Virus record (IMG/VR): IMGVR_UViG_3300010399_000044
Coordinates: 1-56,124 of that record
Direction: 5' to 3' (one strand)
Source: a virus
Lineage: Duplodnaviria; Caudoviricetes
DNA length: 56,124 bases
The notes beneath the pieces are model-generated. The model did no database searches. It was not told where the DNA came from and worked only from the letters and a program-made list of their open reading frames with translations. A program made the position numbers and the translations under genes. Positions 1-6,457 of this stretch are shown one piece after another. How positions within the stretch are numbered: position 1 is the stretch's first letter; each line of letters begins with the position of its first letter.

Positions 1-66
1 AGCGCCCCTCCGACCCAGTACGGGTTGATGACGAGAAAACCCCAGGTCAGCGAAGAAAACCGCAGG

Positions 67-90
67 TAGTTGCACGTGCAACTATATAAT
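67..90 (+). promoter_or_regulatory. 18-bp perfect palindrome abutting a TATAAT -10 box (possible operator/promoter at the left end)
   Basis: TAGTTGCACGTGCAACTA at 67-84, TATAAT at 85-90. Confidence 0.45.
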
Positions 91-359
91 GTCACACTAT
101 GACATCATGTGACCTGCACCACACCGTGCCACGGATGTGCTCCTGGGGCACCCACTTAACTTATGAAGGACAAAAATCTCACTCATCGTTCGATTTTCGC
201 CTTCACGAAGCCCCTAAGAGGGCTTCGACGGTTGGTTGACTAACTTGGACGACCCCTAGGGAGTCCAAGAGGTTGGTTAAAATTTTATGGAGGTCCCAAA
301 GACCTCCAATAAGGGTACAACCTCTCTAAAACCGTTCGGTTGTACCCAAGGAGAAACCG

Positions 360-659
360 ATGGGTTGGGAAACCTCAACTAGACAACTCCCTCCAAACTG
401 GTCCGCTTTGAGGCGGACCATCCTGGCAAGGGATGGAAATACATGTCAACTCCAATACCCAGGTTGCTCCCAAAGAGCAACCGATGTTGACCATATCGTC
501 CCTGGGGACGATCATAATCTCAACAACCTCCAAGGAGCTTGTAGCTCCTGCCATAGTATCAAATCCTCCAGAGAAGGAGTGTTTGAACGTATCCGAAGGA
601 AGAGGTTGACCAAGAGACCTACAGAACACCATCCGGGCCTCAGGAAGGCCCGTAACTAG
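360..659 (+). CDS. HNH endonuclease (packaging-associated)
   Basis: RDGNTCQ..C..ATDVDHI..GDDH.L.NLQGACSSCH; AAGGAG RBS; lies just before the small terminase. Confidence 0.9.
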   Translation: MGWETSTRQLPPNWSALRRTILARDGNTCQLQYPGCSQRATDVDHIVPGDDHNLNNLQGACSSCHSIKSSREGVFERIRRKRLTKRPTEHHPGLRKARN

Positions 660-675
660 ACTCCCAGGAGGAGTA

Positions 676-1101
676 ATGGCTAAGATCACCGGTCCAGTAC
701 CGAAGCGCAGCGAAGATCGGATTCGTCGGAATGCCGATGTCATTCCGATCGAGAAGCTAGCAGCCGCAGGACTGGTTATCGCTCCGGAACTTGCTCTGGA
801 CGACCCACACCCAATGGTTGTGGACTTTTACTACTCCTTGAAGGAGTCGGCTCAGGCTCGCTATTACGAGCCTTCGGATTGGCAGTACGCCAGGTACGTC
901 ATGTACCACATCAACAAGCTACTCCGACAAAAGAACCCGAGCAGCGTTATGTTCGCTGCTATCAACACTGCTCTTTCCAACCTCCTGATTACCGAAGGCG
1001 ACCGACGTCGCGTTCGTATCGAGGTCGAACGAGAAGGCAAGGAAGCAGATATCACGGATATTGCTACCTACTTCCGAGAGCGTGCACAGAAGTCCGCGTA
1101 A
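676..1101 (+). CDS. terminase small subunit (L5 gp5-like)
   Basis: GPVPKRSEDRIRRN N-terminus, YEPSDW and LLITEGDRRRVRIEVER motifs; AGGAGG RBS. Confidence 0.8.
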   Translation: MAKITGPVPKRSEDRIRRNADVIPIEKLAAAGLVIAPELALDDPHPMVVDFYYSLKESAQARYYEPSDWQYARYVMYHINKLLRQKNPSSVMFAAINTALSNLLITEGDRRRVRIEVEREGKEADITDIATYFRERAQKSA

Positions 1102-1107
1102 CCATGA

Positions 1108-1183
1108 GAAGCTCCCCAACCAGTTGAGTGGTGTTTACTCTCCTTTCCACCGACTCCTGGTTGGGGCTTCCACCAAAGGAGAG
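1108..1183 (+). promoter_or_regulatory. long hairpin whose loop is complementary to the downstream lysin RBS (putative pseudoknot)
   Basis: stem 1108-1133/1148-1170; loop CTCTCCTTT (1138-1146) is the exact complement of AAAGGAGAG (1175-1183). Confidence 0.6.
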
Positions 1184-1185
1184 AC

Positions 1186-1833
1186 ATGACCGACCCAATC
1201 AAGGGGATTGACGTATCGTCCCTTCAGGGGACGATCAATTGGCTAACCCTGAAGAACACAACCGATATCAAATTTGGTATCACCCGAGTCACCCGAGGAC
1301 TGGCAGAGGTTGACACTGCCGCGCAAGCAAATTATGCGGGCATGTACCAGAATGCCATTCTTCCGGGAACCTATCACCGAGCGTTTGTCGATCAGGGTTC
1401 GCCTGAGAAGCAGGCTCTCCATTTCGCCACCAACTTCATGAGAGTCACCTACCGTGGTGACATGATGCTTCCTCCTGCTCTGGACTACGAAGACCAGAAG
1501 CCGGGCAAGGAGTTCTGCCAGCGATTCATCGCAGCCTTCCGGGGTTACACCGGCATCGAAGAGATGCTGATCTACACCTCCGGATCGTTTGTTGACACCT
1601 GGCTTGGTAGTGAGTCGTGGATGGACGACAAGACACACTTGTGGATCGCGGATTATGGCACCTTCACAGGTGCTACTCCAGGATTCCCGAAGTACAAGAC
1701 CGACAGGGTATACATCCACCAGTACACAGCTTCCCTGAAGCTGGGACCCAACGGGGTCCCTGGCAACTCGGCTGGAAACACCGATGGCGATGTATCAACC
1801 AAAGACCTACACGAGATTGCGATTCGACGTTGA
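1186..1833 (+). CDS. GH25 muramidase (lysin A, glycoside hydrolase part)
   Basis: GIDVSSLQGTINW, GTYH, LPPALDYED, IYTS, LWIADY, IHQYT motifs. Confidence 0.9.
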   Translation: MTDPIKGIDVSSLQGTINWLTLKNTTDIKFGITRVTRGLAEVDTAAQANYAGMYQNAILPGTYHRAFVDQGSPEKQALHFATNFMRVTYRGDMMLPPALDYEDQKPGKEFCQRFIAAFRGYTGIEEMLIYTSGSFVDTWLGSESWMDDKTHLWIADYGTFTGATPGFPKYKTDRVYIHQYTASLKLGPNGVPGNSAGNTDGDVSTKDLHEIAIRR

Positions 1834-2786
1834 GCGATGTTCAGATTCTTGTCAACGAACTAAGAGCACGGGGTGTCGTCGTCCACGAGTGGGATGGCTG
1901 GTACGGCCGTGGTAACGAAGGTACTCCCCAGATCGATATCCGTGGTGCGATCATCCACCACACGGGTTCCAACTACGGCTCGGCCTACGAGGGTCTGGTC
2001 TACAGCAAGCAGGACTGGGCCTACGGCAACGCGCTGTGCAACTTCAGCGGCAACGCAGACGGCTCGGTGACTGTCATCGCCTCCGGTCTTACCTGGCACG
2101 CAGGAGGCGGCTACGGGCCGTCTCAGGGGCCTCTAAGCCCCTACGCGGGGAACCGGAACTACTACACCGTAGGCCTGGAGATCGTGTACCCCGGCAATCA
2201 GCCCATGACGGATGCCCAGTACGCCACCGCCAAGAAGTTCGCCCGTACAGTGGCCGATCTGTTCGCAGACGGTAACCTCGAATATGTTCGAGGTCATGGT
2301 GAGGTCAACGGCAAGGGCTACGACGGTAAGTGGGACCCAGGTTGGACCCAGGGCCTGATGATCGACATGAACTTGTTCCGGAGTCAGGCTGCGGCCATTC
2401 CGGATACCGAACCAACTCCTGAACCTCCAGTCGAAGAAAAGAAGGAATCAATGTTCCAGTCTATTTCTGTTCCAGCCACGCTTCCCGATGTCCTGAACGA
2501 GTCTGTGACGACTCTTCCGTGGCAGGGTGGTAGTGGTGGTATCACGGATGTTTTCGTCAACGTGACTGCGGGTTCCGGTGGCCTCAAGCTCGCTGTTGCT
2601 CAGTGGCTTGTTGCCACCAACGAAAACGGCGTGTGGAAGCGTAAGCCTGTCGATATCGTCCCCAAGGGCACGGTCATCACCGGTTTCGCGGATATGGGTG
2701 GCCAGCAGGCCCCTGAGGGCACCTATGCGGTCTTCCTCCAGTACACGGCGACTGCGGGTGCTTCTCTGATCATCGAGGCCGTGTAA
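1830..2786 (+). CDS. N-acetylmuramoyl-L-alanine amidase (lysin A, Amidase_2) with C-terminal domain
   Basis: IIHHTG, TWHAG, VGLE, RGHGE, KWDPG; TTG start at 1830 overlaps the GH25 stop (TTGA), so the track start at 1617 is unlikely. Confidence 0.88.
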   Translation: MSDVQILVNELRARGVVVHEWDGWYGRGNEGTPQIDIRGAIIHHTGSNYGSAYEGLVYSKQDWAYGNALCNFSGNADGSVTVIASGLTWHAGGGYGPSQGPLSPYAGNRNYYTVGLEIVYPGNQPMTDAQYATAKKFARTVADLFADGNLEYVRGHGEVNGKGYDGKWDPGWTQGLMIDMNLFRSQAAAIPDTEPTPEPPVEEKKESMFQSISVPATLPDVLNESVTTLPWQGGSGGITDVFVNVTAGSGGLKLAVAQWLVATNENGVWKRKPVDIVPKGTVITGFADMGGQQAPEGTYAVFLQYTATAGASLIIEAV

Positions 2787-2789
2787 GCC

Positions 2790-3380
2790 GTGGAATCCAG
2801 GCTTTTCGACCCCCTGAGTCCGCCTGAGTGGATTGACCCACTCTGGTGGGTCGATCAGCCCCATGTGAACCACATCGACAACCGTGTGCACCAGGCTCGC
2901 TTGATCTCGGCTGCTGAAACAGCAATGGCGCTATCCGACCAACTCGGTGGTGTTGCTATCTGTGATATCGGCTCGTGTGATGGCGGACTGCTTGAACTGA
3001 TCCGACCCGAGTACACAGCCTTCGGGTACGACGTAATCCAGATCAGCATCAAGTACGGGCGTGAAGTTCGCGGGGTGGATCTGCGTTACGGCAACGTGAC
3101 AGGAAACCCCAAGCTCGAACTTGCCCCTGTCCTTGTGTGCACCGAGATGCTGGAACACCTCAAGGACCCTCACGGGTTCCTGAAGGAGCTACGACGTGCT
3201 AGTATCGAGTACGCCATCTTCTCGTCTCCGCATTCGGAGACAGCCCAGTACCACGAGTGGAATCACGCATGGGCCTGGGATCGAGAAGGATACGCCAATA
3301 TGATCACAGACGCGGGGTGGGAGATCGTATCCCATATCGATGTCGAGTGGTCCCAACAGATTGTTGCGAAGAACTCATGA
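2790..3380 (+). CDS. class I SAM-dependent methyltransferase
   Basis: ICDIGSCDGGLL, GYD, CTEMLEHLKDP, FSSP motifs. Confidence 0.85.
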   Translation: MESRLFDPLSPPEWIDPLWWVDQPHVNHIDNRVHQARLISAAETAMALSDQLGGVAICDIGSCDGGLLELIRPEYTAFGYDVIQISIKYGREVRGVDLRYGNVTGNPKLELAPVLVCTEMLEHLKDPHGFLKELRRASIEYAIFSSPHSETAQYHEWNHAWAWDREGYANMITDAGWEIVSHIDVEWSQQIVAKNS

Positions 3381-3442
3381 GCAACATCCAGTAAGCCGTA
3401 ATACCCAGTTCGGAGCCAGTCTGGGAATCAAAACGGGCACAG

Positions 3443-3514
3443 ACCGTGCGCGCAGTGCGCAGGGAGTCTCATAAGCTCCTTTTTGTCGTGGTGCAAATCC
3501 ACGGTGCGGTACCA
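3443..3514 (+). tRNA. tRNA-Met(CAT), atypical with a minimal D-arm
   Basis: acceptor ACCGTGC/GTGCGGT-A-CCA; anticodon arm GGAGT-CTCATAA-GCTCC; T arm CGTGG-TGCAAAT-CCACG; D arm only GCGC-AGT-GCGC. Confidence 0.7.
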
Positions 3515-3598
3515 GATCGAGAGGGCACTACAGGACCCCTCCGGAGCGCGAACCCAACCTGTAGGACGGGTTCTACAAATCCGGCTTGTCTCGATCCA
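3515..3598 (+). ncRNA. candidate structured ncRNA with complementary loops
   Basis: closing stem GATCGAGA/TCTCGATC; inner stems AGGG/CCCT, CCGGA/TCCGG, GAACCC/GGGTTC; loops CTACAGG and CCTGTAG are complementary. Confidence 0.55.
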
Positions 3599-3599
3599 C

Positions 3600-3674
3600 G
3601 TGTGGTTAGCTCAGTCTGGTCAGAGCGCCTCTCTGATGAAGAGGAAGTCATCGGTTCAAATCCCTTACCACACA
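3600..3674 (+). tRNA. tRNA-Ile(GAT), weak T-stem
   Basis: GTGTGGT/ACCACAC; TAGCTCAG; CCTCT-CTGATGA-AGAGG; GGTTCAAATCC. Confidence 0.8.
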
Positions 3675-3675
3675 C

Positions 3676-3749
3676 GCCCCTCTAGTCCAATTGGCAGAGG
3701 CGCTCGGCTCAGACCCGAGATGATCGCAGTTCGAATCTGCGGAGGGGTA
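3676..3749 (+). tRNA. tRNA-Leu(CAG), short variable loop
   Basis: GCCCCTC/GAGGGGT; CTCGG-CTCAGAC-CCGAG; GTTCGAATC. Confidence 0.85.
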
Positions 3750-3769
3750 CAACCAACGATTGGAAGAGG

Positions 3770-3859
3770 ATGAATTTTCAAGACGGTGCCCATATTTGTT
3801 TGTGTGACAGTCCCCGCAACCCCAACTGCCAGAAGTGCGGGATGCCCTGCCACTGTTAG
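3770..3859 (+). CDS. Cys-rich microprotein, 29 aa (MNFQDGAHICLCDSPRNPNCQKCGMPCHC)
   Basis: purine-rich GGAAGAGG upstream; fills a tRNA spacer; 6 Cys. Confidence 0.6.
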   Translation: MNFQDGAHICLCDSPRNPNCQKCGMPCHC

Positions 3860-3865
3860 TACAAT

Positions 3866-3941
3866 CGCTCATTAGCTCAGTCCGGAGAGAGCACCAGGCT
3901 ACGAACCTGGGTTTGCGGAGGTTCAAATCCTTCATGGGCGG
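3866..3941 (+). tRNA. tRNA-Arg(ACG)
   Basis: CGCTCAT/ATGGGCG; CCAGG-CTACGAA-CCTGG; GGTTCAAATCC. Confidence 0.9.
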
Positions 3942-4027
3942 CATGACTTTAGTTGGCAGTAAACTCGGGGATGAGGAACTGTCTATGGTCCGGCGATGCC
4001 GTTCGCGGTGTATCGAGTGGCCTGTAA

Positions 4028-4099
4028 TCCAGCATAACTCAACGGCAGAGTTCCGACCTGTTAAGTCGGCGGTTCTTGGTTCGAATCCAAGTGTTGGAG
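4028..4099 (+). tRNA. tRNA-Asn(GTT)
   Basis: TCCAGCA/TGTTGGA; CCGAC-CTGTTAA-GTCGG; GGTTCGAATCC. Confidence 0.92.
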
Positions 4100-4101
4100 C
4101 A

Positions 4102-4178
4102 GGAGGGATGCCGAAGTGGACGAGGCACCGGTTTGTGAAACCGGTATCAGTGGGTTCGAGTCCCACCCCTACCGACCA
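4102..4178 (+). tRNA. tRNA-His(GTG), imperfect acceptor stem
   Basis: CCGGT-TTGTGAA-ACCGG; GTGGG-TTCGAGT-CCCAC; acceptor GGAGGG/CCCTACC has a bulge. Confidence 0.75.
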
Positions 4179-4193
4179 CGTCAAGGAGGATAG

Positions 4194-4265
4194 ATGAAGT
4201 ACGAAGTATGCATGGGTGGCTGTGGTGGTACGACACAGACCTGTACGTGTGAAGGAAAGCGATAA
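4194..4265 (+). CDS. Cys-rich microprotein, 23 aa (MKYEVCMGGCGGTTQTCTCEGKR)
   Basis: perfect AAGGAGG RBS; 4 Cys. Confidence 0.65.
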   Translation: MKYEVCMGGCGGTTQTCTCEGKR

Positions 4266-4267
4266 GC

Positions 4268-4348
4268 ATGGCAGACCCAGCTTGCCCGAGGTGTCACGGT
4301 ACCGGCTTCTTTTGGATGCTGGGCTCGTGGCGTCCATGTGGGTGTTAA
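4268..4348 (+). CDS. Cys-rich microprotein, 26 aa (MADPACPRCHGTGFFWMLGSWRPCGC)
   Basis: starts 2 nt after the previous stop; GAAGGAAAG upstream; CxxCxGxG...CGC. Confidence 0.65.
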   Translation: MADPACPRCHGTGFFWMLGSWRPCGC

Positions 4349-4355
4349 TCCCAAC

Positions 4356-4431
4356 CGTCCATTAGCTCAAGTGGTAGAGCAGGAGCTTCTTAAGCTCTCG
4401 GTTCCAGGTTCAAGTCCTGGATGGATGACCA
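4356..4431 (+). tRNA. tRNA-Lys(CTT)
   Basis: CGTCCAT/ATGGATG-A-CCA; GGAGC-TTCTTAA-GCTCT; GGTTCAAGTCC. Confidence 0.92.
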
Positions 4432-4499
4432 CACAGCACGGTGCTGTTACCAGCCGGAACGTTTGATTCCGGGGGTCCGTGTGCGAGGAATACAGGCAA

Positions 4500-4574
4500 T
4501 GCTGATTGGTGTAACTGGCAACACGGGTGGCTCTGAACCACCTGTTCTAGGTTCGAATCCTAGGTCGGCAGCCA
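4500..4574 (+). tRNA. tRNA-Gln(CTG)
   Basis: TGCTGAT/GTCGGCA-G-CCA; GGTGG-CTCTGAA-CCACC; GGTTCGAATCC. Confidence 0.92.
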
Positions 4575-4575
4575 A

Positions 4576-4651
4576 GGGGACATAGTTTAGGTGAGCAAAA
4601 CAGCGGTCTCCAAAACCGCAGTGCGAGGTGCAAGCCCTCGTGGCCCCGCCA
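4576..4651 (+). tRNA. tRNA-Trp(CCA)
   Basis: GCGGT-CTCCAAA-ACCGC; CGAGG-TGCAAGC-CCTCG; encoded CCA end. Confidence 0.85.
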
Positions 4652-4652
4652 A

Positions 4653-4726
4653 GCCGTTGTAGCTCAATATGGTAGAGCACCCGCCTTGTAAGCGGGTGGT
4701 TCGGGGTTCAAGTCCTCGTTGCGGCT
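4653..4726 (+). tRNA. tRNA-Thr(TGT)
   Basis: TAGCTCAA..GGTAGAGC; CCCGC-CTTGTAA-GCGGG; GGTTCAAGTCC. Confidence 0.88.
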
Positions 4727-4785
4727 CTTGTTCAGAAAAACCTCGTGTTCAAGTTTTCTGAACAGCACCACAAAATGAACACGCT

Positions 4786-4857
4786 GTGGGTGTAGCTCAG
4801 GGGTAGAGTGCCTCATTTGGGATGAGGAAGTCGTGGGTTCGAAACCCGCCTCCCGCA
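4786..4857 (+). tRNA. tRNA-Pro(TGG)
   Basis: TAGCTCAG..GGTAGAG; CCTCA-TTTGGGA-TGAGG; GGTTCGAAACC. Confidence 0.88.
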
Positions 4858-4880
4858 CGTTTGACAAGGGGGTGATGTAA

Positions 4881-4940
4881 GTGCGGCAGTCTTTTTGCCC
4901 GGTCTGTGGTAAAGACACAGACCTTAACTGTGGTTGTTAG
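4881..4940 (+). CDS. Cys-rich microprotein, 19 aa (MRQSFCPVCGKDTDLNCGC)
   Basis: AAGGGGGTGA RBS before GTG; CxxC...CGC-stop like its neighbours. Confidence 0.6.
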   Translation: MRQSFCPVCGKDTDLNCGC

Positions 4941-4975
4941 TTTCAGTCATGACTAAACTCTTAGAACGGATCATC

Positions 4976-6448
4976 ATGGTTCTCCCAGCCTCTGTGCCTA
5001 CCGGCACCGTGACCGGCACCTGGTACACCCCCGCAGGGGCGTTGGCTGTCGGCACCATCGTGTTCCTCCTTCTGGAGTCGATCGAGATCCCCGACGACGC
5101 AGACGGGGTCGTGCTGCCTGTCAGGACCGTTGTAGACGTCCCCGCAGGCCAGTTGAACCAAACCCTCCCAGCAGGCACCTATCAGGTCTCCATGAGGCTC
5201 TCAGAGCTGTATAGGGCAACCAAGGTCGTGGCGATCACCGCAGGGGAAGCCCTGAACCTCCCCGATGCTGTAGGGATGCTTCTTCCAGACCCTGATCTGT
5301 ATGATCCGGTGCGCAGTGTCGATGGTTATTTCCCCGACGCCTATGGGAATATCGATCTCCCAGGCGGAGGCGGGGGCGGAGTTACGGACCACGGCGAACT
5401 CACAGGACTTGCAGACGACGACCACAGCCAGTATTTGACCACTACACGTGGTGATACTCGGTATTACACCAAGTCACAGTCGGATACGAGCCTCGCAGGC
5501 AAGGAGAATACCGGAGTAGCAGCAGGTCTTCTGGCGGCTCACGTCGCAGCAGCAGATCCTCATACCCAGTATCTCAAGGAAGCCGATGCAGCTCCGGTTG
5601 CTACGGCAGGTACTTATGCGAGTCTTACAGGTAAGCCAACCATTCCAGCACTGAGCGATGTTGCCGCACTTGTTGTGGGGCAGTCTAACTCAGCCGGTAC
5701 AGGAACAGCCTCTTCCAGGGAAGACCACACCCATAATGGTGTTCCTCAGTCTTTGCTGACCACCAAGGGCGATCTTGTTGTTGCTACCGCGAACAACACG
5801 GCTTCTCGGGTTGGCGTGGGTTCCAACGATCAGGTCCTTACTGCCGATTCCAGCACCGCAAGTGGTGTGAAGTGGGCAACCCCTTCGGGGGGTTCAGCCC
5901 CATTGTCGGAATCCGACTTCAACGGCTTCGCCGCGTGGAGTGGTGATCCTCTGTATTGGATGACCCGATCCGGGGTTGGTAATGGTGACGCTTCTGTTGT
6001 GCGTCTACCAGTCCAGGCAGGAAAGGCCATCAACAAGCTGTGGATTGCTGTGTCAACCGCCGGTTCTTATTCCGCCAACGGTGTTCCCAACCAGATGGGT
6101 ATCTGGGACGACACAGGAGCTTTGCTATCGCTGACTCCTGATGACCCGACATTGTACACATCCAATGGGTGGCGTTCGGGAACCCTGGTCACTCCGGTGG
6201 CTGCGGGTGCAGCCCGATTCTGCTATGTGGGTTTCATCCTGGGTGGTATGACCGGAGTCCAGTTGTTCTACCCCTCGTCCGCGAGTCTGGTAGGGGCAAC
6301 AGCCGAAGGAAACATCATCAACGGCGGTAACGAAACCAAGAGGCGCGCAGCCTACTTGACTTCGCAGACCTCCCTACCAAGTTCATTCACGCCATCAAGT
6401 GTTGGCACCGTAACCGCGTATATTCCGCTGGTTGCCATTTCAAGCTAA
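4976..6448 (+). CDS. minor tail/fibre-like virion protein
   Basis: VRSVDG, poly-G linker, DHGELTGLADDDHSQY, AHVAAADPHTQYL, TTKGDL fibre motifs; start chosen among 4934/4949/4976. Confidence 0.7.
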   Translation: MVLPASVPTGTVTGTWYTPAGALAVGTIVFLLLESIEIPDDADGVVLPVRTVVDVPAGQLNQTLPAGTYQVSMRLSELYRATKVVAITAGEALNLPDAVGMLLPDPDLYDPVRSVDGYFPDAYGNIDLPGGGGGGVTDHGELTGLADDDHSQYLTTTRGDTRYYTKSQSDTSLAGKENTGVAAGLLAAHVAAADPHTQYLKEADAAPVATAGTYASLTGKPTIPALSDVAALVVGQSNSAGTGTASSREDHTHNGVPQSLLTTKGDLVVATANNTASRVGVGSNDQVLTADSSTASGVKWATPSGGSAPLSESDFNGFAAWSGDPLYWMTRSGVGNGDASVVRLPVQAGKAINKLWIAVSTAGSYSANGVPNQMGIWDDTGALLSLTPDDPTLYTSNGWRSGTLVTPVAAGAARFCYVGFILGGMTGVQLFYPSSASLVGATAEGNIINGGNETKRRAAYLTSQTSLPSSFTPSSVGTVTAYIPLVAISS

Positions 6449-6457
6449 GGAGCATCA

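Noticed and set aside
1617-1829. Track's 71-aa N-terminal extension of the amidase ORF
   Set aside because: It overlaps GH25 by 217 nt; a TTG start at 1830 with a 4-nt overlap is more plausible.
3942-4027. Spacer after tRNA-Arg with possible stems and a GATGAG..GAAC stretch suggestive of a ribozyme
   Set aside because: It lacks the hammerhead CUGAUGA/GAAA core and the HDV-like helix order; I could not build a convincing model by eye.
4432-4499. Two small hairpins between tRNA-Lys and tRNA-Gln, possible tRNA remnant
   Set aside because: No acceptor stem or T arm.
3446-4918. ORF-track calls across the tRNA array (for example 3648-4337 -, 3835-4197 +)
   Set aside because: They overlap clear tRNA cloverleafs and have no protein-like features.
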